This document shows, in pieces, positions 52,620 to 63,537 of a stretch of 64,000 bases of DNA (position 1 is its first letter; each line of letters opens with the position of its first letter). The DNA is taken from the NCBI GenBank assembly GCA_051362555.1, contig CM120644.1:9184954-9248953 (forward strand). The letters are read 5' to 3'. This DNA is from Lingula anatina. Lineage: Eukaryota > Animalia > Brachiopoda. Under the pieces are notes generated by a model. The model did no database searches, was not told the DNA's origin, and saw nothing but the letters and a program-made list of their open reading frames with translations. The position numbers were made by a program, and so were the translations under genes.

Positions 52620-53633
52620 GTATTCCAATCTGGAGTTTGGACGGAATTAAAGGATTTCAATAATGCAATTTTACGAAGATTGGGTAAAGAGTTACCAAGT
52701 ATTGTATTGAAATCTAGAGCAGATAATACGGTGAAAAAGTATATTTATATATTTCAAAAGTGGAAGAATTGGGCAGGGAAATTTACAGAGGTTAACATAT
52801 TCCCGGCATCCACAAATCACATTGCACTATATATGTTAAGTTTAATTCAACAAGAAAGTAAACCAGGAGCAATACAGGATGTGAAATATGCCTTAAAGTG
52901 GGTTCATGATATTGCTGGAATAACACGAAATCCTTGCGATAACGCTTTGATCAGTAATATTGTGGAGGCAGCAAAAAGACTGTCATGTAACAGAACAATA
53001 AAAAAGGAAATAGTAACCAGTGAAATGCTTAATAAACTTGTTAATAGATTTGCAAAATCTAACGCCAGTTTGCCCGATTTGAGAGATGTCTGTATATGTT
53101 TATTATCATTTTCAGGATCTTTAAGATATAGCGAGGTATCCTCAATTAGAAGAACAGATATTATATTCAAAAATTCATATTTTGAAGTTTTTATAGAAAA
53201 AAGCAAAACTGATATATACAGAGATGGATCTAATGTTTTAATAGCCAGAACAGGTAAGACTTCATGCCCATATGCTTTCTTACAAAGATATCTAAGAGCC
53301 GCAGACATAGAAGAAGATTCAGAGAAGTATATTTTCAGATCGGTCAAGTATTTAAAGAAATCAGGAAAACATGTTTTAAAGGATACTGGAAAATTGTCGT
53401 ATACACGTATGAGAGAAACAGTTTTACAAAAATTTGAAGAATTGGGTTTTGATAAAAGTAAATTTGGTCTACATAGTCTACGAGCAGGTGGCGCATCAGC
53501 TGCAGCAAATTGCGGGATAAAAGAACGATTATTCAAAAAACATGGTCGCTGGAAATCGGATAAAGCAAAAGACGGTTATATTAAAGACAATATATTGCAA
53601 AGAATGAGTGTATCTTTAAACTTGGGTATTTGA
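52620..53633 (+). CDS. Tyrosine recombinase of PAT/DIRS element (probably entered by splicing)
   Basis: Catalytic residues in LRYSE, KSKTD, HSLRAGG, HGRW, GY. No ATG near the 5' end; pyrimidine-rich acceptor ttctttatttgtatttacag ends at 52619. Confidence 0.9.
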   Translation, partial: VFQSGVWTELKDFNNAILRRLGKELPSIVLKSRADNTVKKYIYIFQKWKNWAGKFTEVNIFPASTNHIALYMLSLIQQESKPGAIQDVKYALKWVHDIAGITRNPCDNALISNIVEAAKRLSCNRTIKKEIVTSEMLNKLVNRFAKSNASLPDLRDVCICLLSFSGSLRYSEVSSIRRTDIIFKNSYFEVFIEKSKTDIYRDGSNVLIARTGKTSCPYAFLQRYLRAADIEEDSEKYIFRSVKYLKKSGKHVLKDTGKLSYTRMRETVLQKFEELGFDKSKFGLHSLRAGGASAAANCGIKERLFKKHGRWKSDKAKDGYIKDNILQRMSVSLNLGI

Positions 53634-53798
53634 TATGCATTTACATTTTGTTTGTCGATATTGTAGGACAATGTGAATCCAGAGTGGATGTGGATTAATA
53701 AATTATGTACGTATATAAGTCGATGAAATTGTATTTGTTTTTTCTTTTTTAGGATAAAGTAATGATACACAGAGGAGGCCCGTTCTTTGTGGTCGAAG

Positions 53799-54095
53799 CA
53801 GGCAGAGGCACATCGACTCATTCCTATTTATAAATAAATGATTTGGTGTTTGAAGATGAAGTGGTTTTATTCGTTGAGAGTTATTAGACGATAAATAATT
53901 TATATACGTTTAAGCGTAAGCGAATTAGAATATAAATGTATTTATTGTCGTTTAACGGGTCAACGATGACGTGTCTTAGGAGAAAGGTTATTAGGAGGTA
54001 CAGGGGGCGCTGTATTCAAAAGGTGAACAGATCACGTGAGGAAGGGAAACGATCATTCGAAGTCGAGCTACGCTAATGTACAGACATTCCAGTTT
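53799..54095 (+). repeat. Split direct repeats B1 (53799-53935) + A2 (53936-54095), the internal circle-junction copy
   Basis: B1 is identical to 54273-54409 and A2 to 48461-48620. Junction agaataTAAatgtat. Confidence 0.93.
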
Positions 54096-54272
54096 ATTCC
54101 AAATAAAAGTTTTTGTATAAAAACATTTGTATAAAGATGGGGTTTGATTATGCGTTATAAAATTATCAGATTCATGTAAGTACGAGCTGTACCGGAATTG
54201 GAATTAGGCTATGTGGGAAATGTAACTGGTGACGGAGCAAAAGTTTGTATGTAATATTGTATCGTCTGTACA

Positions 54273-54409
54273 CAGGCAGAGGCACATCGACTCATTCCTA
54301 TTTATAAATAAATGATTTGGTGTTTGAAGATGAAGTGGTTTTATTCGTTGAGAGTTATTAGACGATAAATAATTTATATACGTTTAAGCGTAAGCGAATT
54401 AGAATATAA
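54273..54409 (+). repeat. Split direct repeat B2 (137 bp)
   Basis: Identical to B1 by eye; ends agaataTAA, then host sequence ctgtgattatc resumes. Confidence 0.93.
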
Positions 54410-54895
54410 CTGTGATTATCTTTACCTGCTTGTACATGTAGTCTTTCCTGGTTAATTATGATTTGAAATCCAAAATTGGTCAAATTATTGTGTTCATGTG
54501 TTCCTTTGATACATCAGTCAGTTGGAGTGGAAAGGAGTGTAAATTGCATATTATTATTATTATTATTATTATTATAACCATAGAAATAAAACCATGTAGA
54601 ATAGGTGACAAAGGCATTTTCTTCTAATTCCAATTTTCCGAACCTATTGCAACATAAATTAGTGAAATATAAATATTTATACTAGATGACATTTGTATCT
54701 GGAAGTACCAGCTTTGTAAATAACGCCGTGGGTATTAAACTTAAAACATTTGGTAAAAACATAATTTCAAAATCGGAGTTTAAAAAGAAAAAAATGATTA
54801 CAGAATCCCACATTTGACGTTATTTCGGAAGTTATAGACTACTTGTTCCATACTCTATCTCTATCTCTTTTCACTCGTCACTCGCCACTGGGCTC

Positions 54896-55066
54896 AGAAA
54901 CCTTCCCCGAAAACTTCGACCAGGGGAGGAAGCACGTACAATGCACGGACTGTGTGTCCACAAGAAGTGATGCCTTTGCTCCAGCGAATATTGCTTTACC
55001 AGAGCCGCCTATTGGTGATTGGAACAGTAAAATTAGCGGCTCGCCTGACCGCGAAAATGATGAGGT
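54896..55066 (+). pseudogene. 3' fragment of the adaptor gene at the unit-3 junction
   Basis: SDAFAPANIALPEPPIGDWNSKISGS matches the adaptor C-terminus, with the same internal deletion as the unit-2 fragment. Confidence 0.78.
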
Positions 55067-58000
55067 GCACTGTGTGTTTGTTTTTTGTTCGATTAATGAA
55101 CAATTTAGTTTGCATATAATATCTTGCTATTTATTTAATTTTGTCAAAGCTATTATAACCAAAGGTCCAAATGAAACTTTATCAAAGTTTCTATAATCAG
55201 TTATCAAATGTTACAAAATGTACTCCTTTAAGAACGAGATGTTTACGGGACCAAGCAATTGATACGTACGTATTGATGGTCTGTGCTTGTAGGAAACAAT
55301 TTCTTACACAGCTTGACACCACCACGAGGGAGCCGCCTGGGATTTTAATAACGATTATTTCAGGTATTTTATGAGACTATAGTGACATTTAACACGGAAG
55401 TCGATGTGGCATGGCACGTATGAAACGTGTAGGTAATAAATATGCATTTACACTTCAGGGTCCAATGAAGAGGTGGGGGGTAGTGATCACTTGTTCACGG
55501 GAAACAAAATCATTAGATCAAAAATCACAGTAAATAAAACATTATTCATATATCATGGTGGTGCAAATCCGACGAGTTGAAAATCACCAATCACCAAGTA
55601 TAAAGACTTCGGTTCACGAAGTACGAGGAAAAAAAGCAACATTCAAGAGTCGACCTTGGGAATGGGGTGCTTTACGCATCATGGATTATAATATGAACTT
55701 TTCGCACCTCTTTGGGAAAAAAAAGCGACTTCACGAGTAACTAAAAGGTACCGGTAAATGAGTTCAGACGGGAGATATTTATAACTAGTTACAATCTAAC
55801 TAGCCTGATAGGCATACCAGAGGAAATAGAGACAGCGATCGAGGTACACGGTAGGCCCTACCTCCTAGATATTACTTGGTCAACAGTGAACTTTTTACAA
55901 AATTTGTGGTCTATTCATACGATTCAACGGAAATCAAAAGGTATAATAAAGTCAATAGGAATTTCGCATGATTGAGGGGAGAGTTGGTTCATAAATAAGG
56001 GCATACTAGCAAGTGTTGAGTGGCAACAAGTAAAAGCCGACTAAATTTACGTACATATTTTTTCGGGTTGTTTTATCTTAAGCTCTTTTTAAGCTCTTTT
56101 TAATTGCACTTTATTGAACAACTTTGTAAATACACCATGATTTGCGTGCTACTGCTATCTAAAACATCATCGAGTGGAGCATAGCTTTCACCCTTATCGC
56201 TGAAAAGCTAATCCCACATCATGTGTATTTTTGCCTTTTTTTGATGTAACAGCTCTCACTGTACTTTATTTACGAACCCGAGTTTACTCTGTGTGTCAAC
56301 ATGGCAGAAACAGGAAACGAATGTCTTTTTATAATTTACAAATAAATAAAATTAACTGAATGCTGAACTGAACTAACATAGAAAAATTAAATGAACAACA
56401 TTAATGAACTAAAAATACTTACTAAATTTCTAAACTAAATAAGGATGAAAATAAATGATAAGCACTGAAATTATCAAATAAAACAACTTAGAAAAATACA
56501 AAATCTTAACACAAAGATAATAAAAAGCAAACCGATCAAGTCTATCTTACCTGTGTGTGAAAATGGCAGAAACAAGAAACGAATGTGCCGCGTTACAAAG
56601 AGATGCGTGTTTTATATAGAAACGAAGACACACAGACACAAGCGAAAAGGCACGAACACACTTCTCTACACTAACACAACCACAATCATACATCATACAT
56701 ACATATGTTACATTAAAGTTCACTATGACGTCACTTAGTGCCAAAATCCTGATTTTAGGATAATACATTGCAAGTCTATAGTAAGCAAACTACATTTGAA
56801 AACTAACACGCTGGCTGCATTTTCGTAGTGGCTTCAAGTAGCAGCTCTCAGTCGTTTGATGATGTAATCATGGCCGATTTCCGATCCTTAATGTTCCTGT
56901 CTGAACGCTATTAATGCGTGACTAAAATTGGGGAACCGCGTCAAGAACACCTAACAGTTATTTATATTCAGAGCATAACTTTCTCTGTTTTCCCATCTTT
57001 CAAAGAAAAACCCTCAATTTATTTGAAAACATTTTCATACTTGTATAAAGTTTTCATCGAAGGAAAACCTTGAAATACCATAGCAATGATAATATAAATG
57101 TGTGTCATTGTTTTTGATTTTGAGTCTGCTATATCTAATTTGGAAATCAATCACCCCGGTGGTCAGCATTCACAATTGCAGACTAACTAGTTCGCGGATC
57201 AAATATGACCGACCCACTTTTGAATGCCTGTTGCATAATCTCTGCAGGAAATCTATTCAGTGTCTATTAAGGGATTAGGCGACAAGCTTTTAAGTGGGTG
57301 GTCATTTTTGATCTGCGGTTCTGAAGGCGGCTTAAGAGTGTATTCACAACCAGTCGATCCGCAAACTAACTAGTCCGAGGATCAAATATGCTGCGTACTT
57401 GAATCCCCTAACAATAATGTAATCGATAGGTCTACTCTGCCTCCCATAAGAGAGGTGGTCTCAATGAACCCGTTTAAAGGAGGTGTATCGTCCTGAAAAC
57501 AAATCGTCATTTATTTCCTTACTTCATGTAAGTTAGAAGTATCATACATGTAAGTTAGAAGTAATAACAACACATAAATGTTTACTTTACGTGATTATGC
57601 TAAACGTAAAAACAACGTAAAAACAAGGTTGTAAAGATAAGAATTGCGTAGTTGGGTGGTTGACAAACCGTTAACTACGAACAAACAAATATAAGAATAT
57701 CTGAAGCAAAAAGCAGTTACCAAGCACATTAATAAAATGCCCATATCTGACCCGATAAGTGCAGCTATGCAGTAAAAGTGTGTAACAAAGTATACACGGT
57801 TAAGTTATCTAGCAAACAACGGACAGGCTCGGCTATCATAGGCAAACGCACAGTCCACACATATACAGTTGCTTCTTTATATTGATGTCCTGTTCTAAAT
57901 AACTCGGTAAGTAGTAAATGTGTATTTTTCGTTTATATGCTGAATATATTACTTACTTATCTTAATAGAAAGGGCAACATGTGTTTGGTAAAACAAGTGA

Positions 58001-58110
58001 TTGCTGTTGTCATTTTGTTTCATTTTCAAATAGTTTTACTTATCAGTGTACAGAAAACTATGAAGAACAATGACGATCATAGACATGACTCTTCTCTTTG
58101 CAAAGGCAGT

Positions 58111-58995
58111 ACAGCTCTGCTGCTTTCTTTGCATCCCCCTTCTGTCTTAACTCGATGATCGCTTTCAGATTCACACATTCTTTCTGGGTCGGTCCAACTA
58201 TGCAGGGGGTCTCACTTAAGGAATCAGCTTAATTGTCTGACATGCCGTAAATCTTCTTATCCCCTCAGGGACAGTCACACCCGAAATCACACTAAAATTC
58301 CCATGTACCCATGCACCAAAGTCTTATGTTCCTAACTCGATTGATCTAGAAGATGAAAGAAATTACGGTGAACATATTACAGTCACTCCCGAAGTCACCA
58401 AAAATTCCGATGTACCCAAGCACATCTCTAATGATCTCAACCACCCCCAGGAACAACCACACCCCAAGTCACAAAAAACATGCACATTTCTTACGATAGT
58501 GTATTGATCCCCAACGCTTTTATTTCCTATTCTAAAGATATAAGGGTAGATAACAGAAAATACAATGTATAAATTTCAATGAACCACCCCTAGGGACGGC
58601 CACACCCCCAATTTACAAATAAATCATAGGTGCCCATGTATATGCCCACAATATCTTTATTATTCCCTGACGTTTCAACTTCCTTTCTCTAATGGTTTAG
58701 GAAATAAATTGTAATTTGTTATATATATTTTAATATATATATAATTGTATTAATTGAAAAAGATTTTATATTTTCCCCGCCCCAGAGGCAGCCTGGCCAG
58801 TTTTCAGCGTACCTAGAAACCCGTCCCACTCCAATTCTACATGTTTCGTACTTCCAACTGTTTTAGGCAAAATCCTGGTTGCAAAATGCGTTGCAGTTGC
58901 AAAATGCGACTCTACTTAGTAGGACTGCATCTGGCAACTAAACGTATTTTGCAACAGGTTGCAAAATGCGGTCGGTTGCAAAATGCGGCTCTACA
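58111..58995. mobile_element. Unclassified (possibly composite) insertion in intron 1 of LRR copy 3
   Basis: Absent from units 1 and 2 and flanked by cagt/cagt. Contains degenerate internal tandem units (ggac..cacacccc..atgtaccc) and four gttgcaaaatgcg motifs at the right end. Confidence 0.5.
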
Positions 58996-60231
58996 CAGTT
59001 CCCCAACACAACCATTGCAATTAAACTGGCAAGAGTGCATAATTTGCTCTTCCTTCAACATACAAATAACATACAAAGAGGCATTGCTATGACCTGTGTT
59101 CCTTAGTAAATATATATTTGCTCTCGTTGGACTTAAAGACAAAGTAGGAGAATTGTCATCGATCAATGTTCTAGGGAATCTGATTAAGCCTCCGTTTTTT
59201 GAATCAGTTCCATCAAACACATGGCAAAATTCTACATCCTATCCCAGGTGATGTGTAACCCTGTTGTATCTTTTAACGAATTAGTTATCCTGCTTAATGC
59301 TGAAACCTACTGATCCGCCCATCTTGTGTGTCTATAGCGCTTGCATTCAGGAATTTATCGTTAAAAGCACTGTGCATTTCAAGCGCTCTTTGTGCTGTCT
59401 ATAGATCTGTCTACCGTATGTACAAAGTTAATCTTCATAAAATAGCAGCGTAAGTCATTTGCAGTGTTTTTAATAAAATTAATTAAGATATTGTGTACGT
59501 TGAGTGTGTAAAAGAAAGTGGAAGAAAAGAATGTACTAAATGTAAAAGAGGGATTTTAGCATACATTGTATTCTGTGCTTACACTGTATATGTGTTTGGG
59601 CTCTTATATCTTACAATTACCACGCATACACTATATAGGCCACCTCTGAACGTATCACATGCAATTAAATGTTATCAACTTTAAATAAATGGTCATAAAG
59701 ACGCCGCCAAAAATCATAAAAGATTATGAGTATGGCACATATTACGCATTACTTTTATTGTTAAAAAGCTTGAATACCGGCGCAGTGGAATATAATGTGA
59801 ATTTTTTTTATCCACTTCGTGAAATGAATATTGGTCCAACGCATACTTCACGTTTTAACAAGCTTCACTCAGAGTTGTTCCTTTAGAAAAATATGGTCGA
59901 AACTAGGATAGAATGATGTTGTTAGTTTTTAAAAATAAGTATTATCATTTGTACTACATCCAACACTACCAATACTTATACCAGTATTTTTACTACATGT
60001 ACTACTAGCATATCTGTATATATTTGATGACATGCTAATTATAAGCTTTAAATGTTGCTGTTTTTGTCCATTCATTTTACTGGTAGGTGTCGAATGCAAT
60101 GTTTCAGATTGCCTAAATATTGAAATGTTGTTTAAAGAAAAGAACTAGCATCTTTACACTTCTTTAACTCTTTTTTGTATTTATTTATGTTGATATTGTA
60201 ACATTTTTGCCTCCCATTTCAGGCTATCAAA

Positions 60232-62112
60232 ATGGTCACCGGGGGTCTCCTTCTTTTCTGTACAAGTTTGCTGATCGTTGTACCCTCACTATGCCAAGGT
60301 GCATGTTTCATCAATTCTTACTGCTCAGACTGTGCCAATTATACTAAGGAAGGACAGACAAAATGGGAATTTTACTGCAACCCTTACAGTTCATACTATA
60401 TAGATTCATCACACTTTCAGGCTACCAATGATACGGTTGATTTATTTCAAGTCAAATATTTTTCATCGAGTTCTACACCTACTATCAACAGTGGCGCGTT
60501 CCGAAATATCCCAAATAACGTTCGTGCTGACATTAGGAACACGAGAAGCACCAATCCTTCTATAAGTCCAAGAGCTTTCTATTACGGTGTACAGAGAAGC
60601 CTGCAAACTTTGCTGTTTCGGAGTTCCTACCTCACCGCCGTCCCCTCAGCCTTGACATATCTAACGGCTCTACAGGAGCTGGACCTTGGGGACAACAGAA
60701 TAACTGGTGACCCATATAACTATCTTAGTTACCTGTCATCACTCCGGTCGTTGTTGCTTGACAACAATCGCCCATATAATAGTATCCCAGCATCCTTGGA
60801 GCACCTGCCTAATCTCAGGGAATTGTCACTCGCAAGCTGCTCCCTCAACCTTATTTCTGTGACGTCATTCAGCAAATTGCCCAGGTCGTTAGAGTGGCTG
60901 AACGTTTATAATAATTACCAACTTTATGCAGTGCCTTCGGGTGTTGGCTTGCTTCGGAACCTGATCTATTTAAACATGAGACACTGTGGTCTGAACTCTC
61001 TGCCGGTCAATGTCTTTGCCAATTTGAAGAAGCTGGAGTTCCTAGATCTAAGTGAAAACTCAGGTATTGTTCCCACTCTCGCTGTCCTTGTCCATCAGAA
61101 GTCCTTGAAAAATCTAAGACTTTCTTCTTTGGGTTCTTCATTGACAGACATACCTAATGCAATATCAGGAATGGAAAAGCTGGTAGAACTTGTCCTAAGT
61201 TACAATGGAATACGAGAAGTTAATCATGGTCAATTTGCGAAACTGGTACAGTTAAGAAAACTCGACCTGTACCGCAATAAAATAACTTCTCTTGACCCGC
61301 TGTCGTTCCAAGTTTGTGACCATCTGGAGGAACTGGACCTAAGGTATAATCTTATACAAGAAGTTAGTCCGATCCTTTTTGTTCCTCAGTCCTTAAGGAA
61401 TCTCTACCTGGACGGAAATAAATTTAACACGTTTGACAAGTGTACAATTGTAAACTTACTGGCACATCTTCAAAAGTCTTACATTTCAAGCGATCTTTTC
61501 ATTTGCGATTGTCGTTTAGCCTGGGTTCGAAAACTGTCGGCGGCTTTTGGCTCCAAGGTAACTTTCTATGGACCGTGTTATCTACCAAGGGAGCTATACG
61601 GTCAGTCAGTGACTTCATTTACTCTGAGTGATTGCAGTTCGGAAGACGAATGTTTTGAAAGTTGCGGAACTATCTCAACTGCTCAACCTGATACACAGAC
61701 GGTACATCAGACAGAAATTTTAAATCGCTCTTTCGTCAATTTAGCCCAACTATTCAGTCTCCAAAAGGACCTCAGCAACGTTAAAACTATCACAATTGTA
61801 TCAGTATCTGTTGCCGTTGTCGCCATCGTGGCATTCGTCGCTACATTTGTCGTATTCATGACATGCTTCTTTAGGCAACGAAACCGAGTACCTTCAAATG
61901 GAAGGAGCCAGGATCACGTCAATCAGGGCCTCCAGCTATCGGAAGGTGTCCAGAGTGAAAGGTCACTTAAAGGTCAAGGTTCTGGAGATAATTTGTATCT
62001 GAACACGTTTGGGATGGCCAACGGTGGCCCCAGTTGCACCTATGAACATCTCAGAAAATATGGGCGGGGTTTGACACACATTAGGGGCCATTACGCATTC
62101 TCCCATGTATAG
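60232..62112 (+). CDS. LRR single-pass receptor copy 3, 626 aa (two fewer LRRs, diverged C-terminal ectodomain)
   Basis: Paralog lacking ~50 aa before the last LRR. LRRCT FICDCRLAWV..CYLP; tail NLYLN / TYEHL / HYAF. Confidence 0.9.
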   Translation: MVTGGLLLFCTSLLIVVPSLCQGACFINSYCSDCANYTKEGQTKWEFYCNPYSSYYIDSSHFQATNDTVDLFQVKYFSSSSTPTINSGAFRNIPNNVRADIRNTRSTNPSISPRAFYYGVQRSLQTLLFRSSYLTAVPSALTYLTALQELDLGDNRITGDPYNYLSYLSSLRSLLLDNNRPYNSIPASLEHLPNLRELSLASCSLNLISVTSFSKLPRSLEWLNVYNNYQLYAVPSGVGLLRNLIYLNMRHCGLNSLPVNVFANLKKLEFLDLSENSGIVPTLAVLVHQKSLKNLRLSSLGSSLTDIPNAISGMEKLVELVLSYNGIREVNHGQFAKLVQLRKLDLYRNKITSLDPLSFQVCDHLEELDLRYNLIQEVSPILFVPQSLRNLYLDGNKFNTFDKCTIVNLLAHLQKSYISSDLFICDCRLAWVRKLSAAFGSKVTFYGPCYLPRELYGQSVTSFTLSDCSSEDECFESCGTISTAQPDTQTVHQTEILNRSFVNLAQLFSLQKDLSNVKTITIVSVSVAVVAIVAFVATFVVFMTCFFRQRNRVPSNGRSQDHVNQGLQLSEGVQSERSLKGQGSGDNLYLNTFGMANGGPSCTYEHLRKYGRGLTHIRGHYAFSHV

Positions 62113-63040
62113 TTCGTAAGTAAAGAGAAGAATATTCCAACTTGTTTGTCTTGTGCTATTTATATCTGTTTTACAAAGCAATTCGTTTTTACGAGTTTAC
62201 AAACAGTTACCCAGTTCGTTGTGTTTTTCTGATTTATTAAATTTTGAATTGATCAGATCTTGTGAAAATATGTACATCAGGATTTATTAGGTTTGTAAAT
62301 ACATACAGGTATAGGAAAAATCCCACAAATATCTTCTGTATATCAATATTGTCAGATCACGGATGTGCCAATGCTCACTAGTGTTTTAGTGTAAAACCTG
62401 CACTTGCCTACTGCATGCACACTAATGCTGTGGAGCATGCACTATCTTGGTAAACGACAAATGGTATTCCTATAGAATGCCATAGCTTTCCTTGTAATAT
62501 CCCCGTTATACTTACTGGACAGAATTTGATTTGTTACGTCAGCATCATATACTTAAACTGCGTTTATATATATATATGGTATATATAGTCAAACGTAAAC
62601 TCAGATGCGTCGATGTTGTTTGAAATATTGTCACTGTGTTTTAGTAAAAAAACGATAGCATTTTTATAGTTACGAAAGAGTCCACATTTATAACAAGAAT
62701 GTAACGCAGAATAGAGCAGACAGTTTAACACTGCTAGTACCCTTCACGGTCTTACTTTGGGTTTGCATTGGTCGTTTAGGAATTGGACACATGCCTTTAT
62801 TTTTTCTTGTACACGGATAATGTCTCGTTGTGGATATAAACGCGAAGTATTGTCATGATTTTGGACTTAGGCAATACATGTTGTAAATGGATTGGAGAGG
62901 CTATAGTTGTGATTATCTTTACGTGCTTCTAGTCTTTCCTAGTTAATTACGATTTGAAATCCAAGAAGGTCAAATTATTTGTGTTCATGTGTACCTTTGA
63001 AACATCAATCAACTGACGCGGAAAAGGTGTGTAAATCGCC

Positions 63041-63089
<49 letters not shown>

Positions 63090-63410
63090 GAAATAAAACC
63101 ATGTCGAATAGGTGACAAAGGCGTGTTCTTATAATTCCGATTTTCCACACATATTGCAACATAAATTAATGAAATATAAATATTTATATTTGATGTTACT
63201 TATGACATCTGTATCTGGAAGTACCAGTTTTGTAAATAACGTCGTGGGTATTAAACTTAAAACATTTGGTTAAAAAACATAATTTCAGAATCGGAGTTTA
63301 AAAAGAAAAAAATATTTCAGAATCTTACATGTGACGTTATTTCGGAAGTTATAGACCACTTGTTACATACCCTTTTCTCTATCTCTATTCACTCGTCTAC
63401 CACTGGACTC

Positions 63411-63534
63411 CGAAACCTTCCCCGAAAACATCGACCAGGGAAGAAGGCACCTGCAATGCACGGACTGTGTGTCCACAGGAAGCGACACCTTTGCTCCAGA
63501 AAATATTGCTTTACCAGCGCCGCCTATTGGTAAT
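63411..63534 (+). pseudogene. 3' fragment of the adaptor gene at the start of a fourth unit
   Basis: ggaagcgacacctttgctccag..ccagcgccgcctattgg matches 23457-23510; homology stops abruptly at ~63537. Confidence 0.75.
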
Positions 63535-63537
63535 CTG

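Larger units (their letters stand above)
48461..54409 (+). mobile_element. Tyrosine-recombinase retrotransposon (DIRS order, PAT-like: split direct repeats plus methyltransferase domain), 5949 bp
   Basis: Layout A1(48461-48620)-gag-RT/RH/MT-YR-B1(53799-53935)-A2(53936-54095)-spacer-B2(54273-54409). A TAA core is shared by both ends and the B1/A2 junction. Empty site in unit 1 at ~31385 (gagaggctaattgtgattat). Confidence 0.92.
23404..63530 (+). repeat. Tandem segmental duplication array: units start at ~23404, ~31864, ~54896, ~63411 (net ~8.2-8.5 kb, one LRR gene per complete unit)
   Basis: Collinear homologous blocks recur in every unit: adaptor 3' fragment, gagttcagacgg.agatatttataac block, ctcg|gtaagta donor, gtgaaatgaatattgg, LRR CDS, 3' flank ending gttatttcggaagttatagac. 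Confidence 0.9.

Noticed and set aside
48461-54409. LTR retrotransposon, DIRS1-type (ITR) or Ngaro classification
   Set aside because: There is no DDE integrase, no TG..CA LTRs and no inverted terminal repeats. Split direct repeats together with a methyltransferase-like domain fit the PAT-like group better; an RT phylogeny would be decisive.
28803-62112. Toll-like receptor or canonical ITAM/ITIM call for the LRR genes
   Set aside because: The tails are only ~60-80 aa with no TIR domain, and Tyr spacing and -2 residues do not fit ITAM or ITIM consensus.
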